Positions 8,256 to 18,747 of a DNA stretch of 64,000 nt are shown in pieces; position 1 is the stretch's first letter, and every line of letters begins with the position of its first letter. The notes beneath the pieces were generated by a model, which was not told where the DNA came from, searched no databases, and saw nothing but the letters and a program-made list of their open reading frames with translations. The translations under genes were made by a program, and so were the position numbers. Origin of the DNA: an uncultured virus (IMG/VR IMGVR_UViG_2061766007_001954) (taxonomy: Duplodnaviria; Heunggongvirae; Uroviricota; Caudoviricetes); the IMG/VR virus record IMGVR_UViG_2061766007_001954; one strand, written 5' to 3'.

Positions 8256-10136
8256 ATGGCTGATGTCTTTTTTCGAAACGACGGACTTGGTACTCCCAGA
8301 GGAGGGCGTAATAATCCATTCCGAACTTACAGCAATTGGGTATATCCAAGAACAGTCCAAGAAGTCCAAATTTGGGCCGCCTGGTTCTATGAGCGCAATG
8401 CCAAGTACCGTACTCTTATAAATAAAGTTTGCGACTATTTTTTAGCAGGTATTAAGGTCGAGAGTGTCGGAAGTCAGGATTCTGTCGATACAGATGAGGT
8501 AAAGAACTTCAAAGATAGCCTTGAGAAAACATATGATATTCTTGAGCTTACGCATAAGATGGGTGTGGAACTTGCCAGTATGGGCAATGTTTTTGTCTCT
8601 TGTGAGCGTATCTTTTCCCGTATGCTTCTGTGCCCTAAATGCTCTTGGCAAATGGCTCTGAAACAGCTGCATAAAGGCAGAGACTATACATGGGATAGCG
8701 GCAAGTTCAAGGGAACATGTCCGCAATGCCACTCTGATGTTGTCTTTAAGATAAAAGATGTGCCGTCTCAATCACATGATGGCAAGAAGCTGCGTTTTAT
8801 TTTCCGCGATCCAAGGGCGATGAGCGTCCAGCTGAATCAGCTTACAGGCACCTACAAATATTATTACAAGATGCCTGATTATATCAAGGATGCCATTAAG
8901 CGGGGAGATGAGGTTTATCTGCAGGATACACCGAAAGTTTTTCTTGATGCAGCTGATCAAGACACATATATAGCTTTTCCGGAAGATATGTTCTTCAGTG
9001 CCAAGACAGATACCCTGACTGTTATGGATAAGTTACTGAAGGGCTGGGGCCAGCCGCTGTTCATGCCAGCATTCGATTTGTTTATTCAGCTGGCGCAAGT
9101 TGAAAAGTTCGGAGAAGCTGTTGCCATGGACTTTATTCGCCCTATGCGTATAATTAGTCCAGATGCTTCTAATCTCAAGGCGGGTGTGGATGATCCAAAC
9201 AGAATGCCGATGAGTGGATCTACTTTCCGTAACTTTATGTTGTCCTCACTTAATAAGGTTAAATCAAACGACACCACTTATATTGTCAGTCCTGTTCCGG
9301 TTAATGCGCAGATGGTGGGCGGCGAGGCAAAAGAGCTGGCACCTGTTAATCTGCTTGAGTGGTACGCCGACCAGATTATGCAAGACCTTGGTATCCCGAT
9401 GGAGTTTAAGCAGTCTTCTTTCCAAGTTGTTGCACCCTCTATGGGTCTTCGTATGTTTGAACGGCAGTGGGTGATGTTTGCAAAATCTCTACACAAGTTT
9501 ACAAACTGGGTTGGTAATAAAGTTTGCGATGTAGATAACATCGAGAATATGCGTGTCGATCTTGATATTACCAGCTTTGTAGAAGATGATATGAACAAGC
9601 AGGTCAGACTGCAATTGATGCAGGCTGGTGTTATTTCCAAAACAGAAGTGCTGCAGGGACTGGGTGTTGACTTCCAGAAAGACCTTGATCAGCGTATGCA
9701 AGAACAGAAGGCAGAACAGGAAGCTGCTATGGATATGCAAACTCAGGATGAGGGTGCTCAGATGGTTCAGTCTGTACTGCCGCCTCCTGGTTCACTTGGC
9801 GTTGGTCAGGCTCAGATGGCTATTCAGGCAACACAAGGTGGTGGAGAGGGACAGCCTGCTACTCCGGGAGCTCCCGCAGCTCCTGCAATGCCAGCCGGTC
9901 CAGGTGCTGCTCCTATTGGTGGTGGACAACCCGGCACGCCGGAACAGATGTGGGAAGAGGCCAACAACATGGCACAACAGCTCTATAACGCGCCGCCTAA
10001 TGTTAGAAGGAGTCAGCTTGTTACTCTTAAGGCGAATAATCCGCAGATGCACTCCTTCGTCAAGTCGATACTGGAACAGATGGAACAACAGGTGTCTAGT
10101 GACGCAGTTGCGCAGAGCAAGATGCCACAGGGTTGA
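8256..10136 (+). CDS. portal protein (putative) with zinc-ribbon insertion
   Basis: First gene of the head module; 626 aa; WGQPLF...EAVA.DFIRPMRII portal-like segment; CPKC/CPQC; Pro/Gln-rich tail. Confidence 0.6.
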   Translation: MADVFFRNDGLGTPRGGRNNPFRTYSNWVYPRTVQEVQIWAAWFYERNAKYRTLINKVCDYFLAGIKVESVGSQDSVDTDEVKNFKDSLEKTYDILELTHKMGVELASMGNVFVSCERIFSRMLLCPKCSWQMALKQLHKGRDYTWDSGKFKGTCPQCHSDVVFKIKDVPSQSHDGKKLRFIFRDPRAMSVQLNQLTGTYKYYYKMPDYIKDAIKRGDEVYLQDTPKVFLDAADQDTYIAFPEDMFFSAKTDTLTVMDKLLKGWGQPLFMPAFDLFIQLAQVEKFGEAVAMDFIRPMRIISPDASNLKAGVDDPNRMPMSGSTFRNFMLSSLNKVKSNDTTYIVSPVPVNAQMVGGEAKELAPVNLLEWYADQIMQDLGIPMEFKQSSFQVVAPSMGLRMFERQWVMFAKSLHKFTNWVGNKVCDVDNIENMRVDLDITSFVEDDMNKQVRLQLMQAGVISKTEVLQGLGVDFQKDLDQRMQEQKAEQEAAMDMQTQDEGAQMVQSVLPPPGSLGVGQAQMAIQATQGGGEGQPATPGAPAAPAMPAGPGAAPIGGGQPGTPEQMWEEANNMAQQLYNAPPNVRRSQLVTLKANNPQMHSFVKSILEQMEQQVSSDAVAQSKMPQG

Positions 10137-11260
10137 TTATGAAATACAGTGAATTTAAGAAAGCTGCCAGTAGCTATATGAATCAAGACTGGTACAGGGC
10201 TACACAGGGGGGTAATCAGGGCTTGATGACAGAACCAGAGGCTGCCAGGAGATTTAGTTCTGTTCCTGCAAGTGGTTCTTGGTTGTTTGGTTCGTCTTAT
10301 GCTAATGCTGATAAGTCGATAGTCGATACAGCAAACCAATATAAGCGGTATCTAAAATGGCGTATGGATAATAAGAAGGATCTCCCAGATAACTTCAATT
10401 ATCAGACATATCAGTATAACAATAAAACCTATGGTATGCTGGATCTTCCATCGGCGCCTAAGGCGTCACAAGTCGATGCTACAGAGCCACCACAGCCGCA
10501 ACCAACTAATCAGTCTACACAGCAGCAAGCCTACCAGACTAATCAGCAAGGTGTTCTAACACGCAGCACTGCTCCTATGGGTGTTGGTGCAAATAGAACA
10601 ATGCAGACCGCCGATATTGCTCCTGATCCTAATAAGCCCGTTGGCTATAGCGTAACTAAAGATGCACTAAAGGATCCAGAATCCGTTAAGAAGTTCCTTG
10701 AGAGTATTCCGGGCATTGTACGAGATAATACCGGTTTCGCTGCGAAAGCCGACTCACTTGGCTATATCGATTTGATCAGTGCAGCTAACGGCGATATGGA
10801 TCAGGTGCCAGAAGCTGATAAGGTTAAGCTATTCCAGAAATTCAAAGAAGAGAATCCTAATTTTGTTCCATCACTGGCAGAGGCTGTGAAGAATGGCTCA
10901 CCTGAGGCTATAGAAGAATTGCAGAAGTTGGCATCCGGTAAAGACGGCTCCTCTTATTTCACAGAGGATGAGATGAAACAAATCACAGATGCTGCTAAAT
11001 CTGCTAGCTGGAATGCTATAAAGAGCGATCCATTTGGTAATCTGCCAAAAGTAATGGGGCTGTTCCTAAGACAGCAGGGCCTAGGCGGTATTGCTGGTTA
11101 TGCTGAGAACCCTCTTGTATTCTATGGCGGATTACTTGCTCTTCTGTTTGGTGGAGGGTCTATGCTATTCGGCGGCTCCTCCTCTAATCAGCCGACTGTT
11201 GTGAATAACTATTATGGACAGCAACAGCCGAAGGGCTATAACATTGTTCCGTATGCGTAA
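10133..11260 (+). CDS. putative virion internal/ejection protein with C-terminal TM
   Basis: Leader YSEFKKAAS; hydrophobic LVFYGGLLALLFGGG. Confidence 0.5.
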   Translation: MIMKYSEFKKAASSYMNQDWYRATQGGNQGLMTEPEAARRFSSVPASGSWLFGSSYANADKSIVDTANQYKRYLKWRMDNKKDLPDNFNYQTYQYNNKTYGMLDLPSAPKASQVDATEPPQPQPTNQSTQQQAYQTNQQGVLTRSTAPMGVGANRTMQTADIAPDPNKPVGYSVTKDALKDPESVKKFLESIPGIVRDNTGFAAKADSLGYIDLISAANGDMDQVPEADKVKLFQKFKEENPNFVPSLAEAVKNGSPEAIEELQKLASGKDGSSYFTEDEMKQITDAAKSASWNAIKSDPFGNLPKVMGLFLRQQGLGGIAGYAENPLVFYGGLLALLFGGGSMLFGGSSSNQPTVVNNYYGQQQPKGYNIVPYA

Positions 11261-11262
11261 TT

Positions 11263-12246
11263 ATGAATAAGAAAAGCGATTTCAACGATATTAAACGCAT
11301 GCTTGGCATGACAACGCCTGCTGTCGGTAAGGACACGCTGCTTAAAGGAACAGCTTCTGATCTCGTTAAGGGAATGCGCAAGAAGCCGATTCAATATAGC
11401 AGCACTCCTATGACAACGACAATGCGCAGCATACCACAGCAGCCTAAGATGAGTCCTGCACCAAAGCCTAAATTCGACTGGCTTTCGCGGGAGGGTGTAT
11501 CTGCAGCACTAGACCCAATCAGAAAGTTCACAGGATCTCCACTTGGCGCTGCCGGTGCTCTTGGTCTTGCCGGTGTTGGTCTTGGTTATGGCTTGTGGCG
11601 TAATGCTGTGGAAACAGGTGGTTCACTTGGAAGATATCCTATCCGTAAGCTTACTGGTATGACAGATGAAGAATATGACCAGGCAATGGAAGAGCTTGCA
11701 TCTGACAGCAGATATAAGTGGCTTATTCCTGGTACACTGGCAGCTATTCTTGGCGGAGGTTATCTTGCACTGAAAGCGAATCCGAATCAGGAGCATTACG
11801 GTTTAACCAGTTGGACACCAAAAACGGCTTCTGTTAATTCTGGTAGCGATGAGCTGTTTCGTTATGGTGGGTATGTACCCGATATTGATTTCAGTCAGGT
11901 CGTGAATGCCAGACAAGCTAAGGATATGTTCTCTAATGATCCTAATCTGAAAGACGATCCATATGTCCGTAATATGGGTATCAGCATTATTAATAATGCC
12001 TCCAAGAAAGCCGGTTTTGTAAATCCGACGCTTGGGGATATATATGACAGCACTGCATCCAAAGTAAAGAGCAAGCTTAGCTGGCAAGGTGTTACAGGTA
12101 TTGCAGCCAACACTATGATCGCCAATGCAACAGCGCATCTGTTTACTGCCGGACTCGGAGCTGTCCTGCCGTTGTCTCAGGATGCTAAGCGTACTATTAT
12201 AGATGCTGGCACTTGGGCTGCTTTTGCATCATCTATATTTAATTAA
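11263..12246 (+). CDS. Gly-zipper membrane protein, putative virion protein
   Basis: GAAGALGLAGVGLGYG; KTAS site. Confidence 0.5.
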   Translation: MNKKSDFNDIKRMLGMTTPAVGKDTLLKGTASDLVKGMRKKPIQYSSTPMTTTMRSIPQQPKMSPAPKPKFDWLSREGVSAALDPIRKFTGSPLGAAGALGLAGVGLGYGLWRNAVETGGSLGRYPIRKLTGMTDEEYDQAMEELASDSRYKWLIPGTLAAILGGGYLALKANPNQEHYGLTSWTPKTASVNSGSDELFRYGGYVPDIDFSQVVNARQAKDMFSNDPNLKDDPYVRNMGISIINNASKKAGFVNPTLGDIYDSTASKVKSKLSWQGVTGIAANTMIANATAHLFTAGLGAVLPLSQDAKRTIIDAGTWAAFASSIFN

Positions 12247-12258
12247 GGAATAAGAACT

Positions 12259-12579
12259 ATGACTTATAACGAATTCAAAGGAATGCGGAAGACTGCTAAT
12301 CCTCTGCAGTGGCTTGTTAAGGGCGTCGGTGGGCTGTCTGAGATCGGAACATCGGCTGCTGTTATGCTGCTGGCTGCAGGTGCAGGTATTGGTGGTGCGG
12401 GTGGTTGGCTTGCTGCAAAGCTTAATGCCAAGGACAAGCAGGACATTGATACCATCCAGAAGGAGTACGAGAACGAGCGACTGAAAGCCGATCTTGGGTA
12501 TCTTTCTGCTAAGACGAACCAGGAGTTGCAATCAGCTAAAACGAAACAGCCGCCTAAAGCAGCCAGGGTGATGGCATGA
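12259..12579 (+). CDS. small Gly-zipper protein
   Basis: YNEFKGMRKTAN leader; AGAGIGGAGG. Confidence 0.55.
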   Translation: MTYNEFKGMRKTANPLQWLVKGVGGLSEIGTSAAVMLLAAGAGIGGAGGWLAAKLNAKDKQDIDTIQKEYENERLKADLGYLSAKTNQELQSAKTKQPPKAARVMA

Positions 12580-13034
12580 GCGAATTGTCTGACGAAAGCT
12601 TCGGACATATGGTATCACCGCAGGAAGCAATGCTTGCAGAGCTTCCTCTTGGCGAGGATCAAGTACAGTCTCAAGGCATCACAAATACAGGTAATCTGAC
12701 ATGGGAATACCAGAATCTTGGAACTCTTAATGGAATGCCTGTTGCAGAATCCGATCAAAATCTGGCGGTGGATCGTGATGACCTTATTGACGCTGCTTTT
12801 ACACTGAAGTGTACTCCACGATCTAAAGTCTTTTGGATGAGTCCTGATAACGAAGATTCTATCAAGCTCTATGATGAGCTTCTTAGGCGTCAGGAAAATA
12901 AAGAGATCCGGATTATGGAGGAGCTCAAACAATATGACACCACCAAGAGTGCTTTTATGGTGTGGGTTCGCTATGACGAAGTTGAATGGCAGCTTAATCC
13001 GCGCTTTGCATATATGAGAGAGGAATTGAAATGA
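12576..13034 (+). CDS. hypothetical
   Basis: ATGA-coupled to both neighbours. Confidence 0.65.
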   Translation: MSELSDESFGHMVSPQEAMLAELPLGEDQVQSQGITNTGNLTWEYQNLGTLNGMPVAESDQNLAVDRDDLIDAAFTLKCTPRSKVFWMSPDNEDSIKLYDELLRRQENKEIRIMEELKQYDTTKSAFMVWVRYDEVEWQLNPRFAYMREELK

Positions 13035-14446
13035 ATTATATAGATGCACAAAAGGGTATGACTAAGACCGCACTGTCTGCTGGTACACTTAAGCTGCTCG
13101 GCAAAGTGCTTCCACGAACGGCTCAGAGGTTGTCCCGTGCGAATCATGCCCGGCTATTTGGCAAGACACGACTTGCACGCAGACTGCTTGGTCCTGTCTT
13201 TAAGGATACTCTGCTACTTGCTCCAAAAGGAACCTGGGCAGGTGTTAGAGGTCTCGGTCATTTGGAGGCAGCTGGATTCAAGTCGCATCCAATTTATACA
13301 ACCCTTGCTAACCTTGCGCTCGGTGCCGGTGGCTATAATCTTTTAACTGGAGATAAAAGGCAGTCGAAGCTTACCAGATTCACCAGCCCTACTCTTGATA
13401 CGGCAGGAAAAGCTGTCAGCTATGTAGGTGATGCGCTTAGTGGAGGCCTTGAGGATGCAGGCAAGAAGCTCAATGCACCAAGCGGGCCTATAGCTACTAC
13501 CAAATTTAGTCCGGAAGCGCTTGTCAGCACCTTTAATCCTATTAGCGGTATTACAGGCGGTAAGGACTATGTGCCAGCCGGGCTTGTGTCCGCTATCCAG
13601 AAAGTTCTTCCAGGACATAAAGGAGAACTGGCTGCACATGCTGTTACTAAGGTCGGTGCTTCTGCGCTTCTTGCGGCTGGTCTTGTTGGTGCATATCGTG
13701 CAGCTAAGCATGTTGGTGATCTTGGTTCCATTGATAGCAAGAGCACAGCAGGTAAAGGTATGTCCGGTCAGCTCTCTACAACGTTCTCTGGTAATCTCGG
13801 TGATGAAGACGAGCAAAAGAAGACGGCAGCAGAGGGTGACATCATGGCTCCTGCCAACTTCTCTGTGCAGAACCTTACAGGAACAGCTCTTCCGCTTGCA
13901 TCAATGCTTCTGGCAGCAGGTCTCACCTATAAGGGTGTGGATGCAGCGTTTGATAAGATTCGTAATAAACGCCTTGACAACGCTATTTCTCAAAAAGAGC
14001 AGGCTGTTAAGAATCTTATTACTGCTCGTGCCAGACTTGCCAAAGGTGATCTCACTGATACGAATATTCAGGAAGCCACAGCTCCTTTGAAGGAGAAGGA
14101 CATTTATACGAAGGCAGCTTCTCAGGATAAGGAAGCTGTTGTTCAGGAAGGCGTTCAATTGTTTGGCACACTGAGTGCAGCACTGCTTCTGGCATCAGCT
14201 ATCGGCAGTTATGCTTATACGAGTGCTTCTGATGAGAACAATCTTAAATACAAGGCTTATAAGAAAGCTCTTCGTGAATATGCCAAGAATAAGAGCGGTA
14301 TGACTCCTATTACTGTTGCTCCTAAAGATGCTCCTTCCTACTTCGCGGCTATTGATGCAGCTCGCGAACAGAAGATTGATACTCCGCGTGATCTACCAGC
14401 ATATGATGCAGATGCGCTTAACAAACCGATTTCAGTTAGTTTTTAA
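13031..14446 (+). CDS. multi-hydrophobic-segment putative virion protein
   Basis: KTAL, KTAA and KAASQDKEA motifs separate hydrophobic modules. Confidence 0.55.
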   Translation: MNYIDAQKGMTKTALSAGTLKLLGKVLPRTAQRLSRANHARLFGKTRLARRLLGPVFKDTLLLAPKGTWAGVRGLGHLEAAGFKSHPIYTTLANLALGAGGYNLLTGDKRQSKLTRFTSPTLDTAGKAVSYVGDALSGGLEDAGKKLNAPSGPIATTKFSPEALVSTFNPISGITGGKDYVPAGLVSAIQKVLPGHKGELAAHAVTKVGASALLAAGLVGAYRAAKHVGDLGSIDSKSTAGKGMSGQLSTTFSGNLGDEDEQKKTAAEGDIMAPANFSVQNLTGTALPLASMLLAAGLTYKGVDAAFDKIRNKRLDNAISQKEQAVKNLITARARLAKGDLTDTNIQEATAPLKEKDIYTKAASQDKEAVVQEGVQLFGTLSAALLLASAIGSYAYTSASDENNLKYKAYKKALREYAKNKSGMTPITVAPKDAPSYFAAIDAAREQKIDTPRDLPAYDADALNKPISVSF

Positions 14447-14470
14447 CATTGAACCAATACGAGGTTTTAT

Positions 14471-15628
14471 ATGATTGATAGACAACAGATGCTTATCAAA
14501 GTGGCGAAGCAGGATAAGTCTGCATCGCTGGTCGCTACAGTCGTCCTTGCGGACAGAATGACGAAAGTTGCCCGTAAGGAAGCGATTCGTGGTTTTGTTG
14601 CTGCCAAAGCTATGAACAAGAAGGCAGACTTCTCCAGTTTCCTGAATCAGGCTTGGGACAATGCCAAGAACTGGTGGGCTGATGATTCCAATAAGGCAGG
14701 TCTTGCCGGTGGTGCTCTTGGTGCTCTTGGTACCTATGGTCTTACTGGTCTGGTTCCTGGTCTGAAGAATAACACGGCGCTTCGCCTGGCACTGTCTGGG
14801 GCTGGGGGTTATGCAGGTCTTAAGGGTGGCCAAGCTGCCTGGAACACTGCGCTGTCTCGTGGTAATGCAGCCGGACAGGAAGCACAGAAGAAGCTCGATG
14901 ACGAAGAGCTCAAGAACCGTGAGTCTGAATGGAATGCAGAGCGCACTCGTCTGAATGAAGGTATCACTGCTGCAGAAGATAAAGGTAAAGCTGACGTGGC
15001 TGCAGCCAAGGCGCAGGGCGCTAAAGATCTTGAAGCCGCGAATGCAGCTTCTGCTAAAGCACTGGATGCTGCCAATGCAGCTGCGGCAAAAGAACGTGCT
15101 GCATTTGGTGAAGAGCGTACTCGTCTCCAAACTGCTATTGATGCAGCCAAGGCGCGTGAGAAGGAACTTATTGATGCAGGTGCAGCTGAGAATGCAAAGT
15201 ATGTCGCACAGGCCAAGGCTCAGGAACAGCTTCGCCGTCAGGAGTCTCAGAAGCTTGTAAATGCCGAGTTTGAGAAGAAGCTCAGCGGGCNNNNNNNNNN
15301 AGAACTTACTGATGCAGGTGCGGCTGAGAATGCAAAGTATGTTGCACAGGCCAAGGCTCAGGAACAGCTTCGCCTTCAGGAATCGCAGAAGCTTGTAAAT
15401 GCCGAATTTGACAAGAAGCTCAGCGGGCATTTGCAGTCGCTTATTGGCGCAGATGGCAAGATCCCCTTTGATGTTGCAAACGAACAGTTCGAGGCTTTGC
15501 ACGCTCGTAGACGCGCGACAACAGATCCAGAGCAGAAGAGGATGCTTGGTGAAGCTCTTCGATTTATTAACATCCACTCAGCGCCCGCTCCGTCTAAGCC
15601 AAATACATTCACCTTTGGTGGTAAATAA
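14471..15628 (+). CDS. putative ejection protein: leader + membrane hairpin + Ala-rich coiled coil (about 339 aa after collapsing the gap duplicate)
   Basis: KVAKQDKSA leader; VPGLKNNTALR hairpin; N-gap 15291-15300. Confidence 0.55.
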   Translation: MIDRQQMLIKVAKQDKSASLVATVVLADRMTKVARKEAIRGFVAAKAMNKKADFSSFLNQAWDNAKNWWADDSNKAGLAGGALGALGTYGLTGLVPGLKNNTALRLALSGAGGYAGLKGGQAAWNTALSRGNAAGQEAQKKLDDEELKNRESEWNAERTRLNEGITAAEDKGKADVAAAKAQGAKDLEAANAASAKALDAANAAAAKERAAFGEERTRLQTAIDAAKAREKELIDAGAAENAKYVAQAKAQEQLRRQESQKLVNAEFEKKLSGXXXXELTDAGAAENAKYVAQAKAQEQLRLQESQKLVNAEFDKKLSGHLQSLIGADGKIPFDVANEQFEALHARRRATTDPEQKRMLGEALRFINIHSAPAPSKPNTFTFGGK

Positions 15629-15645
15629 TTTGAAAGGTATATACT

Positions 15646-16461
15646 ATGACTCAGAAAACTCTTAATACTGTTTTCACGAAAGTTGCCACTCAGGATAAGG
15701 CAGCTCGTGTTCTTTCCATGATGATCGGCGTCAACAAGCAGATCAAAGTTGCTAATAAGCAGGCTGTTCAGACTAAGGTTGCATCTATCGTTGATGGTGT
15801 TCTTGGAAAGACCGCTGCACAGACTAAACAAGCTGGTCCTCGTGGCGAGATTGCTTCTACACTTCTGTGGCCACTGCTTCCGTATGCAGGTTCTGCAGCT
15901 GTCGGTATTGGCTCTACAGCGGGTGGTCTTGATACGCCAGCGACTGAGAAAGCAGAAGAAGAGTGGGATAAGACTCCTGGTAAGAATTGGATCCCTGGTG
16001 TTGGTACTTATCGCCTTGCTCGTAGGCAGCGTCGCCAACTCGTGGATGATAAAGGCAATGCTCCGCATGCTATTTCGCAGAGTTTCGGTCCTGCCACAAG
16101 TATCCTTGCATCTATGCTCGCAGGGGGCGCAGCCGGCAGTTTGCTCGGTGGCGGAGTGGGGGCTGGCGTTGGCGGAGCCGGTGGAGCGCTTGATGGTGCG
16201 GCTGGCGGCGCAGGTGTAGGCGCTGCTGTTGGCGGCGGCGCGGCGCTTCTTGCCACCTTGCTGGGCTCCGGAGCTGCGGCATTTACCCCACGTAGAACAA
16301 AGGAACAGCAGAAGGCGTATGCAAATAGTGGCACGCTGAAAGAATATCTTGTTCCTGGTGTTGCTTCCTACAATGCCTGGAAGTCTCTTGGTCGCACAAT
16401 CGGAGAGTCCGACGAGCGTCAGGCAAAGAAGAAAGACAAAAAGGACGAAGAGAAGGCGTAA
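15646..16461 (+). CDS. Gly-zipper membrane protein
   Basis: KVATQDKAA leader; long GxxxG tract. Confidence 0.55.
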   Translation: MTQKTLNTVFTKVATQDKAARVLSMMIGVNKQIKVANKQAVQTKVASIVDGVLGKTAAQTKQAGPRGEIASTLLWPLLPYAGSAAVGIGSTAGGLDTPATEKAEEEWDKTPGKNWIPGVGTYRLARRQRRQLVDDKGNAPHAISQSFGPATSILASMLAGGAAGSLLGGGVGAGVGGAGGALDGAAGGAGVGAAVGGGAALLATLLGSGAAAFTPRRTKEQQKAYANSGTLKEYLVPGVASYNAWKSLGRTIGESDERQAKKKDKKDEEKA

Positions 16462-16464
16462 TCT

Positions 16465-17193
16465 ATGCCTGACACTAATCCCACAATCAACAATCTGATG
16501 CGGGCACAGCAGAAGTTTATCTCTAATGTGCTCGCTAAAAACCAAAAGGATATTCAGGTTTTCCGGATGGATGATTATCCAACCATCCGGAAGATCCTAT
16601 TTAACAACGTCAAGAATGCTATCTCTCAGCGCTTCCCCCTCTATAATGACAGATATACGCTCACTATAGAGGACGTCGACTACGATGATCCAGAAGACAT
16701 CGATATTGCCAAGCAGAAACAGGCAATCCTTGATGGTGCATCTGTTACTCGTCGACTTCGTGGCACCTGGGTTCTCCGAGATGCCAAGACCGATAAAGAA
16801 GTTAGTCGCACCAAGCGTATGACTCTTATGAGTGTTCCATATATTACAGATAGGGGAACATTTATCCGCAATGGCCATGAATACGCCTTTTCTAATATCA
16901 TGCGCATGGAGCCCGGCGTATACACGAAGCAGCGTGATGACGAGGTATCTGCACAGTTCAATATCCAGCAAGGCACAGGCTCAGGTTTCAATATGATGCT
17001 GATGCCGAATACCGGTGTCTTCAAGATCAAAAGAGGCACAGCTACCGCTCCTGCTTATACAGTGTTTCATGATCTTGGCGTCTCTGATGATCAGATGAAA
17101 GAGGCCTGGGGTCAGGAATTGTTTGACAAGAATAAAGCCGCCGGTACGGATGAGAAAGCTATACAGGCTGCCAGCAAGATATATAATATGTAA
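16465..17193 (+). CDS. rpoB: RNA polymerase beta N-terminal fragment
   Basis: VPYITDRGTFIRNGHEY...MRMEPGVY matches bacterial beta IPLMTDNGTFVINGTE...LHRSPGVF. Confidence 0.85.
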   Translation: MPDTNPTINNLMRAQQKFISNVLAKNQKDIQVFRMDDYPTIRKILFNNVKNAISQRFPLYNDRYTLTIEDVDYDDPEDIDIAKQKQAILDGASVTRRLRGTWVLRDAKTDKEVSRTKRMTLMSVPYITDRGTFIRNGHEYAFSNIMRMEPGVYTKQRDDEVSAQFNIQQGTGSGFNMMLMPNTGVFKIKRGTATAPAYTVFHDLGVSDDQMKEAWGQELFDKNKAAGTDEKAIQAASKIYNM

Positions 17194-17194
17194 C

Positions 17195-18241
17195 ATGACC
17201 TACGAAGCCTTCAAAAAGCAAGCAGATAGAAGCTTCTTCCCAGGAAGCACCATGCCGGTACCATATACTGGCAGGTCGGCTGCTGCACCCACAGAAGGCG
17301 CTATTCCTGCGACAGCTGAGCAGATTCGTAGCCAGGAGGCCTGGAAGGAAGGCTTCAAAGAAGGACTTGCTGGTGCTCTCAAAGGTGATGGATTTAGAGG
17401 CTTGGCGCGTGGGGCGTTGCATGAAACAGCAGATACACTGGATTTCATACAGAATGCCCCTGTTAGGACTGCTTTCATTTCACCAATGTTAATTGGCAAA
17501 GGCATTACCTATACAACAGGTAATGATAGGGCTGAACAAGGTATTCGCAAGACACGCAACTTCCTGAACAATCTGCTTAATTTTAGCGGGCATCAGATAA
17601 CTGGCAGTATGCGTCAGCTTGCAGAGACCACGGCACTTGATCCCAAGCATCTGTCCCAGGAGGCTTACGATCAATCTGTGTTGGCCGGTAAAGGTGGTAT
17701 TATGGCTGCCGATCTTGCTATCTCTGGTAAGCTTCCTACAAAAGCTCTGAATATTTTGGCTGCTACAGAGATACCTGATGCCGTTACACAAGGGGCAGCA
17801 GCTGTGGAGCCTGTTGTTAAAGAGATCAGATCCGCTGCTAGAAGACAAGCAGGACACGATGCAATGACTGAGTACTTCAAGAACAGGACACAGACGCCTG
17901 CTGGTCCATTCATTGCACATGTACCTAAGTTAGAAAAGAACTTTATTAATGATCTTGCTATTAGTGAAGCTGCTAACGATCTGGAAGGTGTAGAGATACT
18001 GGACAGGATCGAACAGGACGCTGATGCCATCAATACACAGCGCGCTATTAAGGAGCTTAAGCAGATAGCAAAACAGACAGCTGGTGCAGGCACCGGAGGT
18101 CTTATTGGGCTTACCACTGCACATCAGATAACAAAACGTATTCCAGCCCTCAAGAAGAGACGCATCTTACGGTATCTTCTGAATGCAGCTGCTGCAGGTG
18201 GGCTTGGATATGCAGGATGGAAACTAACACAGAAGGTGTAA
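17195..18241 (+). CDS. putative virion cargo protein with C-terminal membrane hairpin
   Basis: MTYEAFKKQAD leader; IPALKKRRILR between Gly-rich helices. Confidence 0.55.
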   Translation: MTYEAFKKQADRSFFPGSTMPVPYTGRSAAAPTEGAIPATAEQIRSQEAWKEGFKEGLAGALKGDGFRGLARGALHETADTLDFIQNAPVRTAFISPMLIGKGITYTTGNDRAEQGIRKTRNFLNNLLNFSGHQITGSMRQLAETTALDPKHLSQEAYDQSVLAGKGGIMAADLAISGKLPTKALNILAATEIPDAVTQGAAAVEPVVKEIRSAARRQAGHDAMTEYFKNRTQTPAGPFIAHVPKLEKNFINDLAISEAANDLEGVEILDRIEQDADAINTQRAIKELKQIAKQTAGAGTGGLIGLTTAHQITKRIPALKKRRILRYLLNAAAAGGLGYAGWKLTQKV

Positions 18242-18242
18242 C

Positions 18243-18701
18243 ATGAATATCAATACAATTCGTACAGCGCTTATTAAGCGTGCCGGTCTTTTTGATGGGC
18301 TTGGTGATAAGCTCGGTGAATATAATGCTGCAAAAGCGGCAGCACAGCCTGGTGCTATGGCTGGAAAGTGGCTTCGTGGAAAGCTTGGTCTTGATGGTCA
18401 GCCTCAACAGCAGCCACAGGCACAGCAACCGCAAGCAACTCAATCTGTGCAGCAGCCTGCGGCCAATGCGCTTCCACAGGATGCCCAAGTGCAGCAACAG
18501 CCCAATCAGGTTGCCCAGCAGAACGAAGCGCTCATCTCTTCTTTTAATAAGATGATGAACACAATCAATTCCAGCAACAAAACAGTTGCTCCACAGCAGG
18601 CACCTGCAGTGCAACCACAGCAGCAAACAGGGGCCTCTTCACTGCCTGCTATGAAATCTCCGAATTATCTCGATGCCGTTAAGCCGAATAACCAGAAATA
18701 A
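18243..18701 (+). CDS. Gln/Pro-rich low-complexity protein
   Basis: LIKRAG leader; Q-rich body. Confidence 0.55.
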   Translation: MNINTIRTALIKRAGLFDGLGDKLGEYNAAKAAAQPGAMAGKWLRGKLGLDGQPQQQPQAQQPQATQSVQQPAANALPQDAQVQQQPNQVAQQNEALISSFNKMMNTINSSNKTVAPQQAPAVQPQQQTGASSLPAMKSPNYLDAVKPNNQK

Positions 18702-18747
18702 GCATACGACAAGAGTAATATAACAGGTATATTTGCATAAGAGTTTT

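Noticed and set aside
15164..15429. Apparent tandem repeats at N-gaps
   Set aside because: Each straddles a 10-N join; scaffolding of allelic contig ends is the simpler explanation
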